DNA from: Peribolospora baueri
Lineage: Eukaryota
Reading direction: 5' to 3'
DNA: 64,000 nt
Assembly (NCBI GenBank): GCA_029717555.1
Contig: JAMDHS010000009.1
Coordinates: 124,001-188,000, forward strand
A model generated the notes under the pieces. It saw only the letters and a list, made by a program, of their open reading frames with translations. It did no database searches and was not told where the DNA came from. Position 1 is the stretch's first letter. Each line of letters begins with the position of its first letter. This document shows, one piece after another, positions 10,711 to 23,219 of this stretch. The position numbers and the translations under genes were made by a program.

Positions 10711-12963
10711 TCAATCGAGCTCCATCTTCGTCACCTCGACCTGGTGCTCTCTCGGCTCCTCCTTTATTGCCGCACCTTCTCCCTCAGTCTCCCGCGCGAC
10801 AGTCCAACTCCTTTCAAAGTACTTGTTCGGATGGTTGACGCTCTCTCCGCCTCCCAGCCCGTCGCCCTTCCTCACGCCATACTTTTCGTGCGTGATCTCG
10901 AATAACCGCGTGCAGCCGACGTGGTAATGTCCGCCTTTGACAGCGTCAAGGATTTCCTTCTGGTCTGAGTGGGAGAGCTGATAGGTCGAGGAAAGAGCCG
11001 AGGCGAGGTTGTCAGGAGAGAAGTGTCGGAAGGGGCAGCCGTGCGAGTCTTGTGGTCCTGGCGTGTCGCGGGTCAGAATCGCTTGGCAGCTGACAGGAGG
11101 CACATACATGACGAGGGAAGAGGCAGGAGTAGGAGACGGTCAGGCCAATAGCACGGCAGACAGGTCAATATTCGACGTGCTGTCTCAGATCGACTATAAC
11201 CCTCACCTTTTCGCCGGATAGTTCATCCTTCTACCCTCAAGACCATACCCGTGTCGAATGTTGTACCGATACTCCTTGTTAAACTTGTCGTCGGTCATGT
11301 TTGAAAAAGACTTGCGCCAGAACGCCAGAGCCTCTTCGATCGGCAAGCCGAGTTCCTGAGATGCAATGCGGACGGCACATACGAACCCGTTCTGTGAGGC
11401 GCCATTCTTACCGGACGGTGTCCGCCTTCCCTTTGCCCACCCGTCCACAGGCTCACCTTCAGGAACAAATTGAACTGCAGCCTGCCAAAGTGGCGCAAGT
11501 GATGCGTGCGCTTGAGCTGGTCGTACAAATTGCGCATGCACAAGGGGAAGTGTCGCTTGGCCAGCCCGTCGATCATGTCCGCCGTGATCTTCTCGCCGTT
11601 CTCGCCAAACGTGCTCGTATAGTCGCTCGTGACACCCGCGAGGAAGCCCATGGAGAGGTGGGCCAGGACGGGGATCAGTCTGTCGTCTTCGTCTAGGCGC
11701 GGTAACGCTTTTGCGGTCATCTACTTGGAAATAGAAGGGAGCGAGAAAGTCAGAAGGGTAGGCGAGCAAGAAAAACTTTTCGCAGCAAAACCTCAATTCC
11801 GAGCATCGTCCCGCCACTCACCTCCAATCCCTGGCTGAGTCGGGACTGAAACTCGGCAATGACCAAGCTCGACTGCTCCCTGCTCGGCACATAAGCCATC
11901 CCCCCCTTGACGAACACTCGCCGTCGTTCCACCAGATCAGTGACCCGCGTCCACGAAACCTGAGAGACGGAGACCGGGAATAAGAGCAAACACGATGGGC
12001 ATGGGCATGAGTACATCCTCACTCCCCTGGAGGTGTCTTAGGACGGCGAAAGAAGAGCGACAGCACCAGGCGCGACATACAAACCTTATAAAACTGCTCC
12101 GCAGCCCACTTCTCATTGTCCTTCAAGTAGCCCGAAGCCCCCAGCAGTTGCGCCTTGTACATCTCCTTCTCGTCCGGTGTCACGGCCTTCCAGTCAAAGT
12201 CGAGAGAGCGAAGGAAGCGCTGTCGCTCGCCTGCGTCGTCCTCTTCAAAACGGATGCGGAAGAGCGTACTCTCGGCCTTGAGGAAGCGACGACGGAGCTC
12301 CTCGCTGTACGTGTGCGCATGTGTTGGTTCAGATAAAAGCGGAAGGAATGGTCGGCCCAGTCAGCGAGTTAGACTTGCCCAGATCCACTCCATCAAACGG
12401 CCCTCATTTACGCCTAAGTTGGTAAGACATCTTGTACTCACGATCGACAAAAGGCGAGCCTGAGCACGAAATGCGAGACATGGTCTTTCCTCCTCTCCGT
12501 GTCCAGATCCACGTTTTTCGCCGTCGAAGCGGACAAAGGCAAATGTTTCTTGCACTGCCCCAGGACAACAGACTTGAGCTCTTCGTATGGCCTGTTTCGT
12601 GCATGTGACGCTTCTATCTCCGCTAGGACTGGCGGACAGGCGAGCGTGAGGTGAGGAGACGCCGGCACAGTCAGCAGGCAGCGTAAGAGAGGCAGGTGCG
12701 AGTAGGACGAAGCGAAACCTCTCACCCCTCAGCCGATCAATGGCCCACACCTCAAACTCCTCCATGGTCACCTCGTCGAGGGGCGGCTTGTCATGAAAAT
12801 TTAGCCTGAACGGATACTTGAGCGCATTAGCCCTGCCTCCCGTCGGGTGGGTTGAGACCTGGCCGGTCGTGCTGTCGTTCGCGCCTACGCCATGACCGTA
12901 GCTGCTAGAGGAGGCGCCAACGTGAGAAGATAGAGCGGAGGGAGGGGGGCCGGTTCGAAACAT
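10711..12963 (-). CDS. PRI2: DNA primase large subunit, multi-exon
   Basis: YPFRLNFHDKPPLDEVTMEEFEVWAIDRL, KDHVSHFVLRLAFCRS, HFPLCMRNL, HLRHFGRLQFNLFLK, YNIRHGYGLEG, HGCPFRHF and GHYHVGC (Fe-S cluster cysteines). Confidence 0.96.
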
Positions 12964-13042
12964 GATCACGGTACGACCGCGGTGTCAGGGGTGGAGTCGG
13001 GAGCCTCCCAGTCCATGTAATGTGGAATGAGAGGCGGCGGCC

Positions 13043-13070
13043 ACGCGTCGCGTCTTGCTACTAGGCGCGT
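13043..13070. promoter_or_regulatory. MCB-like (MluI cell-cycle box) elements upstream of PRI2
   Basis: ACGCGT at 13043-13048 with adjacent CGCGT and GGCGCGT, 80-110 bp upstream of a DNA-replication gene. Confidence 0.5.
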
Positions 13071-13229
13071 AAAGTGGATGATCGAGCGGCACGTGGTGTC
13101 ACGTGCGTACCTGTATATATATCAGCGCACTCAGGAGGAGCGCGCTCGCAACCACGACGTCGAGTCACAGTCGAAGACGATCACGACGCCCAGCCGCCGG
13201 CCGGCTGAGCGGGACCTCGACGGCCCAGG

Positions 13230-13500
13230 AGAAGACGTCGGTGCCAGAAATCCTGAGCGATCTGATGGCACGATGTCCCGACTCGACGATTTTTTTTTAA
13301 ATCAGCTCGTCTTTATGGCCAAGCCTGCACGGTACCAGTCCAGCGCGGCCCGTGTCTCGTTCGTCTTGGCATTCTTCAGCGGCACGGCTCTCTGTTGGGC
13401 CAAGCCTCACGTCGTCGCTCAACCCCCACCCCGTTGGCTGAGCGATTTCGACCTCTTCGCCAAAGAGCTTCAGAAGGTCTTCGGCGAACCCCCCCCCTTT
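13230..13500 (+). mobile_element. Ty3/gypsy Gag capsid-like remnant (inside open frame 13027-13716)
   Basis: PERSDGT..LDDFFLNQL.F..KPARY.S...RVSFVLAFFSGTALCW...WLSDFDLFAKELQKVFG resembles the retrotransposon Gag/PEG10-type capsid pattern; no LTR or pol nearby. Confidence 0.7.
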
Positions 13501-13881
13501 CCCACACGTGTCAGCCTTTCTTCCTCAAGTTTCCGTGCTCCCATCGCGCACATTTGTTTGCCGCGCAGGTCCCGTGCACTCTTACAGAACCCTCCTGTCT
13601 CGCTGACGAGCGAGCGAGCCTCACCTGCCTTCGCTATCTGTCTTGACATGTCCTCCACTCAAGACCCCGTTCATCCATGTCAGACTATGCAGTCGCCTCC
13701 GAATGGAGGCCGCTAGCTTTCTCGTGATTCACGCTCAATTTTCGAATTTGAGTGATGGCCCGCTTTCGATCCCGTTTGCCACGACGAAGGTCTGGAAGCT
13801 ACAGGGATGGTACGACGGAACGCGAACGCCAGAGCGTGCGCGCGGAAGCGGGCCGAACCTAAGCAGATGTCCGCATCTTCG

Positions 13882-15907
13882 TCAAGACTCAATCTCCATC
13901 CCCGTTCCCGCCACGCCCGGCCCACCGTCCGCCTTCTTCTCCGCCGCCGCACTCCTCTCCTTCCTTGCCTTGAACGCCTCCTTCGCCTTGTCAATCCTTC
14001 CGCTCAGACCGTTTTCTTGCTTGGCGACGCCCAGCAGAAGTTGGTGGATGAGGCCTATGGAGTTGTGTCGTCGGAGAGCATTTTCAAACTGTCGACGGAT
14101 GACGCAATGGGGCGGGGGAGGGGCGGACAAACGGACGGACGGACAAGTCAAGGGAGACGGACGCATCATCAACCAATCCACTCAAACTGCGAGGTCGAGT
14201 CGGGCAAAAGAAAGCAGAACGGGAGAAAAACCGGCGCACCTCCCATCGCTTCCGTTTCTCCTTCTCATCCTCCACCTGCGCACTCAGATCCGCCATTTCG
14301 CCTCCCAGATCGGCGTTCTGGGCCACGCTGATCTTGCGCTGCAAGGTGGCCAGGCGATCAGCTGTGATAGCCATTAAGGAGAAGTGAAGCTACGCACGAG
14401 AAGATGAGAACGATGGAAATGGTAAAGAAACGAAAGGAGGTCAGAACATAGTATCACGAGGTAAAAGGACAGACGAGCCCGTCTCGGAGTACGCTTACCT
14501 CGCCGTCGTCATATGTCGCGATCCGCTTCTCGATGACCTCTCGCGCTTTATCTGTCCATTTCGACCCGTGGGATCCACTGAAAGCGATGTAAGGAAACAC
14601 GAGAGGACACGAAAAAAGATTAGAGAAATAAACAGCGGAAGTAATGTCGAAAATACCTGGGAAAATAGTTTGACGACGCTCACTGGTTGACTGGGGACTC
14701 TTTCAAGCCGTCCAGCTCGTAAACGTTGCCCATCAACGGTAGGAAGGTGATGAAGTGGTACCTGAAACCGGTGCAACACCTCTTTTCAGCTAAAAAAAAA
14801 AACAGCCTAATGCAAAAGGATGATGGAAACTGGCCGGTCCGGCAATGGAAAGGAAGACTCACGCGTCCTCGTCCTTGCCGGTGTACGTCGGGTCGTCCAT
14901 ATGGAAAGGGTCGGACCGCGCGAACGAGTTATGCACCTCGCGAATCTTCTCCGAGTTGGAAATGACCTCCCCTTTCGTCTGTGGGCAGTCCGTTTAGATC
15001 AAGGCTGGAGGAGTCAGGCCAGGCCTCAACGGTCGACCCGACGATGAGGGGTGATGTAGAGGAGCGGAACGAGACGAAGAGAGACAGGCACTCACGGTGG
15101 GGTCAAACTCGCTCGAGAAGGCTCTCAAGTTAGAGAGCTCGTCGCCCAGTTTGACGTCATCTCTTCCTTCGCCGTGCTCGGGGATGTTGAAAACGCCGTT
15201 GAGGACCGCGAGCGTTCCGCAAGCGTTGTTGATCCTGAGAGGGGAGCATACAGGTCGAGATCGACCGAGACGGGGAGAAAGAACGGCCGTGAGAACGGGT
15301 GATTCCAGAAACAAAAAGCAACGAGGATAAAGCGCGGGTGCGGGCGGGACTATCGAAAGGGTATGAAAGCATCTGATCGAAAGGACATAGCTCTCACACT
15401 TGATGAGCAAAATAGCCGGGGAAGTCGGGATCATATCGCCCGCCAACAGTATCCGGCTTGGTAGCTCCAACCCATTTGAACAAGCTGTAAGGCAGATCCG
15501 ATGGAGAGAGTAAGTACCGCAATGCGTGCACGAACGAAAATCGGAACAAGATGTTCGAAATAGTTATCAAGAGAGGAGAAAGTAGAGGCGATGCTGACAA
15601 GATGAAAGCGAGCACGGGCTGCAGGTCCTCCAAGAGCGAGTCGTCCAACGACCACAGCTCGTTCACCTCTAGACCTTGAATACCGATCCTTTGCAAGAGC
15701 TGTCGCAATGGGATTGGTAGGCGAAAGATGACACGAGACGCGAAGACGAAGATGGAAGGAGGACGGTCCCTTGATCAGCACCGCGACCGAAGTTGCGCAT
15801 ATCGCTGAGACTGTTAGCCCCGCTACCCCGTCGTCTCCCGCTCCGTGACTCACCTCTGTGAACACGCCCGGATCGCTCTCGGTCAGGGACCAGCCGGCGT
15901 TGGACAT
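13882..15907 (-). CDS. UCH37: Ubiquitin C-terminal hydrolase UCH37/UCHL5 (peptidase C12), multi-exon
   Basis: WSLTESDPGVFTE, YFAHQ/INNACGTLA (catalytic Cys), YHFITFLP...VYELDGL (His/Asp), C-terminal EKEKRKRWE/FENALRRHN. Confidence 0.93.
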
Positions 15908-17574
15908 GGTTGTCAGGTTGGTGGTCGAGGTCGGTTTCCGGTCGATTCCTGCGGATGGCACATGCGCATCAGTAGACCGAGGTGATCGGCTTCGACAACG
16001 TGCGGTGATACGCGGAGCTCGGTGTCTGCCATTCACAAGGTGTGCCTAGGCAGACGGACTCGCTGTGTGGGTGTGAACGTCTTCCAACAATGGCTTTCTT
16101 CAAGTTTATGTCTAGAAGGAGCAGGTCGTCGCTGAAAGCCCACGGGCTCTTGCTGGATCATCATGCCTTCATTCTCCCACTCCGTCCGCAAGGGCCCCAG
16201 CCCTGGGGGGGGTGATGCGGATGCTCCGGTTGGCCGGGTCCCGGCGGAGTTCAGGACGCCGCTTGTCGTCCGCGCCGTCGGAGGTGGAATCGTGCCGACG
16301 GCCATGACCATTTCTCTGCTCTTCCACTGACCTGAATCATGTACGTCTTGGAGGCTTGGGGAGGCACGCGGGGTGGCAGGGACGAACGGCACAATAGACC
16401 GGTGAAAGACACTGAGGTGACGCTTGCTATTTATGCCAGGTTCTGCGTCGGCTTCGACGCAAGAGCACGAACATTTTTCGCACTGCCCAAGCCCAGTACT
16501 AAAATGAAAAGGATATAGCTATAGTTTCCGAAAGCTCATCACTGTCTACCATGGCACACTAAATAAACGTTGGTCACCTCCCTTTCCACACCTCCGTCAG
16601 CGGCCCTTGCCCACGTCCACGTCCACGTCTTCCTTCCCACTTGGTCGAACGTTGTGCACCCCCTCCATTTTCACTCTTACCCTCTCTGTTCACCGTTTCC
16701 GCGTCTTTCATTTCAGTACTCCCTTTCCCCCGGACGCCCCACCACAACCCGCTCGGTCGCCAGGTATGCGTCGTCGCCCCCATTCCCGTCGTGCCTAGCC
16801 ATCCTTCCACCCTCCTTTCCTTCTTTCGCTCGATTTCGCGACTTTCTTCGATTTCTTTCCCCTCCTCCCTCTACGATCTGATCTGAGCTGACCCAGACTG
16901 ATTCTCTCGGCCCGGTCCGTCCGGCAGAGGTCTTGTCCATGGCACGGCTTCATGTCTCGAGTGGAATGGATGGTGCGACGCGCGTCGTGTGCTGCGCGTT
17001 TGCTGGGGCTTGGCGGGTTCGAGGGTAGGAAATTAGAACTGCCCGCTCTTTTCGCCGCTCCATCAGCGCCGAAGAGTGCGACGCCGGCTCGGGCATGGCG
17101 GCACAGCATTGCAGCTGGCAAGACGCACCGGGGAAGAAGTCGGGACGAGCTTGACGACGAGAAAGCCAAATCGCCGACCCGCCGGCCGTGTCGGCTTGCT
17201 GCGGCTTGCTGCGGCATCTCTCGAACTCGCTTCGCCGCTTCGCCGCTTGCCTCCGCTCCCCTTCCTCGCCCGGCTTGCTTGGCTCCGCTTCCTTCTCCGT
17301 CTCCTCTCGCGTCCATCACCACCGCTCTCACCATCACGCCTTCCCTCGTCTTCCCTCCTCCTTCTTCCCCGCTAACTCTTCCGTCTCCCCCTCTCACTCC
17401 GCCACACTTGCCACTCTGCTCCTCCTCGTACCAGCCCTCCTCCTTCTACAGGCCGCGTCCGCAGGCCTGCAAGACTCTTCCGCACCTCCGGCCGCTGCCG
17501 TCCCAGCGTCGCCTCGCCCTCCTCGCAGGGGGCGGGTGCACCACCGCCATCGCACCGCGATCGCCGTTGCCGCC

Positions 17575-20500
17575 ATGGGCCTCGGATCGACCCTCGTGGG
17601 CGGCCTCGGTTTTCTCCGTGCTAGGCATGACGGCTTGCACGCTCTTGCCAACGGCTGGATCTTGGGCGCCTTCGGCTTCGGACGAACCGGCAATCCTCCC
17701 GGCGGCCCATCATGGTCTGCCAACGGCGTCGGCGCCGGCGCCGGCTCAGACGCGCCCGTTTCCGATGTTGTTGAGTCGGCTTCCTTTGCTGTAGCGCTCG
17801 AGTCCGCGCAGATCAGGACGTTGGTTTGGTGCTACTTGGTCCTCATGGGCGTCCTCCTTCTGGGTGAGTACGCGGGCACGCGTGGGCGTCGGCGAGGATA
17901 GATGGATGGAGGAATGTCCTCGGTAGGGCGACTCTGTGGTTTGGAGTGTCCTCCTTGTCTTCCATGTCGTCGGATAGGTAGTCTCTGATTCGCCTTAAAT
18001 TGCCCCTCCCCCATGACCCCGTTTCGTCTCCATCGTGGATTCCTGCTGAACAGCGTACTTCACCAATCCCACCGACGCTTCGTTTCGCACCTTTCTTACC
18101 GATCTCTCCTTCCATCAGCACCTGCGTCGGCTCCATCACAACCCACCCCCCGCCGCCCCGTCCTATTTTTCGCGGAGTAAAACTGGCACATCCTCCTTCG
18201 ATTCCTCTTCCCACCCAGAAGACGGCTCGGCTTCGGATTCTAGCTCTCCCTCCGCTCGCGCCTCGACGTACGACCACAGGACGGCGAGCGTGACGGGAAA
18301 GTCGCACGTCCTTACCTTCGCCAATCGCATATCTGTTTCGCTTCGCACGCCGCCCTACGAGCGAAGGAACTTTCTTTTCTTCACCATCGTCACCGTAACC
18401 GCCGGGGAACCCGACGAGCTCCCGTTGGCCTCCACCTCCTTTGCCAGGAGGTCACGCAGGCGCACCAATCGGCGCCGCTCACAGGATACTTCATCCTCGC
18501 CGAGCGCCTGGTACGTGGGCGCATTCGGCCGTTGGTGGATCGGCTCGACTTCGTGGATCATCGATCAGGATGACCCGCTCCTTCGCCCTCTCGGCGAACC
18601 CGAGGAGATGGACGAGCGTGGAAATGACGAGGAGGAAGGGAGCTGGGGCGTCATCGGCATGAAGGCTTTGGACGACGGCATGTCAACCAATGGTGAGTAC
18701 CCTGTTTACGCCGAGGGCCGTTCGCTGCAGGCATGGACGGCGAAGGATCTCACCGCCACGCTCAATTCATGCTCTGTAGGCCTTATGGATCTTCATCTTC
18801 GCGAGAGCTCGGAATCGACGTTTCCTACAAAGATCGGCCGCGGCTCGCGTCATCGCACTCTGTCCAGGGAACACCCTCCGCCCGCTCTTCGGGCACGCTC
18901 TCGACAGTCCTCGCCGAGCAAATCCGCTCGTACCACCGTACCGCCACCGGCCGGTGACGTGGACGTGCGAGGGAAAACTACTTCAGACCCATGTCCTCAC
19001 GACAAGCGACCGTCGCCCTCGTCTCCCCTGCCGGAGTCGCATAGACCAACGAACGGTAGTGCACACCACGCACGCACAACGTCAGTCTCTTCTTCGACGC
19101 CCGTACCTGACCCCCTTCATAATGCCCACTCCCCTTCCGACGATGCAGACCCCGCGACGGGTTGCGCCTCTTCGCCACCCGCCGCGATCACCTCTCTCCT
19201 CGCATTGCTGGCCACCTCGCAGAGCTCCATCACTGATCTGCGCGCCCAGATCGACCAAATCGAGGCCGCTTCGGCCGCGACGCGCGCCCAGCTCCAGGCC
19301 TCGCTCGATGACATGCGTATCAAGAAGCGTGAGGAGGACACGCAGAGATCGGATATCAAAGGCAGGATGAAACAACTCGATGAGGGCAAGCGTCAGGCCG
19401 AGGCGACCAAGCGTGAGGCCGAGCGAAGACTCAAGACGGCGCGGAACCTCCGCGACGCGATCGTACGACGGATAGAGAACATGGGGGAGGAGATCGAAAA
19501 GATGCGAGCGCGCATGGGCGACAACGAGAAGAGGAAGGCGGAGAGCGAGGAGCGGAGGCGGGAAAGGACGACCGCGTTGATGCAGGAGATCGAGGACAAG
19601 CAAAGGGCGATTGCCGAGACGGAGACGGCGATGGCCGAGCTTAACGCCAAGGCCAAGCATCTTGAGGAGAGGATTAAGGAGGAGAAGCGTCGGCTCGAGG
19701 ACGCCAAGCAGGAGGTCATCGAGAAGCGCAAGGCGTCGCTCGAAATAGCCAGGGAGAACCAGGCAGCTGCTGCGTCCGCACTCGCTGCTGCCACTGCCGC
19801 CGCCGGTGGTTCTGCCACCATGGGACGGGCGACGAACAGAGCGGGCACGTCCTTCCCAGGCCACCATCCCGCCCTTCGGCAGTCTTCCTTTCCCAACCTC
19901 CGCCGAGGCTACCCTCAAGCCCGGAGCCCCGGCCACGTCCATTTTGGAGAGCCAAGTTCTCCCTCTCCCCAAATCGCCTCACCCGCCGACCCGCTCAACT
20001 TGTCCGGGCCCTTCGACCTCAGAGACTTTGCCGACTTTGGGCCAGGAGCGTCGTCCGCTTCTTCGGTCCCCTCGTTCCAGCAGCAGACGGACACTCACGT
20101 CCGCTTCCCCCCAACGTCGTATTTCGATGTGCCTCAGAGCACCGCATCGTCCGATTTCGGCCTGTTCCCTTCGCTGATGACTGCGAGCGAGAAGATCACG
20201 ACACCTACTGCTGCGGAACCGGGCGGAAGAGGCGGTCTTACTCTCACCACTCTGCCAGCTCGGACTCCGTCACGGTCCACGACCGGGTCCAGCTTCGACG
20301 GCCTCGTGCCCAGTAGTCCCCTTTCTCCCTTCTCGAGCAATCTCCTCCCCAGCAACCTGTTCCAGAACCTTGACGACGACGCAACGCACGGGGTGCTCCG
20401 TGGAGCGCGCTCCGAAGCCGTCGAGGCTGCGCTGGGGAGGTTTGGGTTGGACAACTCGGATACGTCGGACGCTGGTGGCGAGTCAGATGTCGAGAGTGGC

Positions 20501-22306
20501 GGTAGGGCCAAGGCGGGGGTGGCGTCGGCGACGGTAGAAAGGGAAGGGGTGGCGGACAGGAAAGGTTATGTCGCGCCCGGGGACTACAGACGCAGAGTGC
20601 CCAGCTCGGGCATCTTGAGCTTGGCGACCACGCCTCGCTCAGTCTCGGACTCGCTTTTCGAGGGCTCGACGGCGCTCATTGATGGTCGTCTTCCTACCGT
20701 CGCTCCTAGGCCTGTCGAGCACGATGGGGCGATGACGACGTCACCGATCCAAGGTTCCGCGGAGAGCTCCGCATTCGGCGCGGATATGGACGAGGGGTCG
20801 CTGACGGAGGCGACCAAAGTCAAACGCCGCTCCTTCGGTCGCGGCTTCCCGAAAATGTCTCTTAACCCGAGCGCCAAGTCGTTCAGCTTCTCTCGCCCGC
20901 TCGGCTTCGCAAACCGCAAGACGACCTCGACGACCTCGCCTGTGAGACCGGAGGCGCAGGTTGGCGCTGACCTCGACGCTGCTGGCTTCCCTTCCTCGTT
21001 CGCCTTGCCCGGATTGCCCAGCCTTGGGGCGTCCAACAGTGCGGGTGAGGTGACGTCGAGCGCGACGGGCCCCATCGACTCTTGGTCGCAGTTTGCTCTC
21101 CGGAGTAGGAACAGCGGCGAGGGCAGGAACAGGAACGACTCGTCGGGTGGCCCCGCGTCGACCCCTACCGGCTCGGACTTTGAGGCGATGAAGCGCGCCT
21201 TCGACCCCACAAGTGATGACGTGCCCTATCGCAGTAGAGCCTCGTTTAACGGCAGCTTTCGTGACCGTCTCAGTGTCGAAGCTGCTCTCGGAGGAATTGG
21301 TGGCGATCGAACGGCGGGGACAGGGACGGGTTCGAGAAGGTTCACGTCGCCGTTGCATTTGCATGCTTCGTCGGATAGCCTGCCCTTCTTTGGTCACACT
21401 CACGCTTACGGACAAGGACAAGGCCGGGGCCTTGACCACAGCGGCCACGACTACGGCTACGGCCAGGTTCCAGACGACGCTCATGCCTTCGGCTATGGCT
21501 ACGGACATCAGCGCTACGCGCCGCCCGGACGTGCCGGCCCTACGGATGAGCAGAACGGCCTCCTGCAACAGCAGCAGCAGGCCTCGCTCTCCTCCTCGCC
21601 CCCGGCTCCTCACGGTCTCCCTCCCGATTTCCTCGCCTCCTTTGCGCCGCTCAACAGGACCATATCTGCGCAGGAGACCTCAACCTCTTCAGATCGTCAA
21701 TCCGGCAGCGCTGCAAGCAGCGCTCACGTCGGTTTCGTTGGCTCGCCGCCCGCACCTTCCCTGTCGGCGGCGACAGGGGACGAGAACAAGCCGAGGTTGA
21801 GGAGGTTCTGGGCGCTCAGCTCCAAGAGCGACAATCGGGAGGGCGGCGGGGTGAAGGAGAAGGAGAAGGACAAGGCTGCGAAGGAGACCGCTGAGGTGGG
21901 CAAGGACAAGGAGATGGCTCCTGGCTCAGGTCCAGCTCCGTCCGCCCAGACCACCGGCGGCATTTCGCCTTCCCCGTCGTTGACCACGACGGGTGTTGGT
22001 TCGACGCCGAGCATCAAGGCAGACGCGGCTTCTATCGCCTCCATCTCCACCACCTCGTCCGTTGGCGGCACCGGTGGAACGGCGACCGGCAAGAGGCGCT
22101 CTTTCCTCTTCGGCCGTCTCGGCGGATCGTCCTCGAAGTCGACCGAGTCGGCGTCCGTGCCCGCGTCCGTCAGCGCGTCCAACCAGGCGGATGCGGTCTC
22201 CTTGTCTTCGAACGAGGCCAACGGAAGCGCCGTCGTCGCCGGTGGCGGCGACGAGGGGCAGAGCGGAGAAGGAGAGGGAGGAGAAGGCAAATGGGAAGAG
22301 GATTGA
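17575..22306 (+). CDS. Large hypothetical protein with N-terminal TM segment, central coiled coil and long Ser/Pro-rich tail; start uncertain
   Basis: GCCGCCATGG at 17575; TM segment LVWCYLVLMGVLLL; intron about 17864-18053; AYFTNPTDASFRTFLTDLSF continues in frame into the 1338-aa ORF; heptad-rich charged region about 19200-19760. Confidence 0.75.
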
Positions 22307-23219
22307 GATAAAGGGCGTGCGGCGGGGTGTGTCGACTTTGGGCTCGTGTCTTGCTCCGATGCTCATCTCATCCCCCTCCCTCCTTTCCGCCCGAAACACT
22401 CGCCCTCGCCCTCTCGGCCACTCTCTGTCTGGCCTTTGCCCCAGTTGCGTCGCGTTTCGTCCATAGTCTCATTTGTCCGTCCGTCCAACTTGTCCTTATC
22501 CTCTTACGGTCCCCCGCACCACAGAAGTTTCGCACGGAAGATCAGACGCTGTCCACGCCGATACAAGCTCGCCCTGGCAGCTGTCGCGCGCGCGTGTGTG
22601 TGGCTCTAGCGGAGCGTGTATGTACTGGAGTTTGTCCTTTGTATCGAACGTTGTTCGATTCGGGTCGTTGGAAGAAGTCGTCTGGGCCATGTCATCTCTC
22701 TTCCGACCCCAGTGGCTCCCTGGCCTGCCGTACGTGCGGGGGTCGATCGTTGGCGCAATTCCGTATAGGGGCGACCTGCAGCGAGCCAAGAACAAGGAAG
22801 GGACAGAGTGCCACTTGATCCACCAAGAGCCAAGAGCGACCGACCCAAGTGCGTGACGACCGCTCGCCATGTCCGAGTCCAAGCCAAAGCAAGCCAAAGC
22901 AAGCCAAGCTGAGCCGAGGGCAAGCAAGTGTCGCACGAGTCGGCCAACCCCATCGAGGCCCGGAGCTGGCTCAGAGCCCCGTGACACGACCGACAGGGGC
23001 CGAGTCGGTGGAGCGAGAGGAGACGATGGACGATGATGCTCATTGCCGTCTCCTTTCTTTCTCCCGCTCGCCGTTGCGAGTCGCCGCCAAGGTCGCATGC
23101 ACCCAAGCCGAGGCGCGCTGCCAGACACCGCCGTCTGCGTCCGCACCTCACCCGACCACCGAGGGCGGCACAGTCGCTTGTGTGCTTGCTGTACGGCGAG
23201 CAAGGATATAAAGCTGACC

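Noticed and set aside
16033..16560. 119-aa ORF and small hairpin TGCGTCG-GCTT-CGACGCA in the intergenic region upstream of UCH37
   Set aside because: No recognisable domain, RNA family motif or repeat; a 7-bp stem is expected by chance at this GC content.
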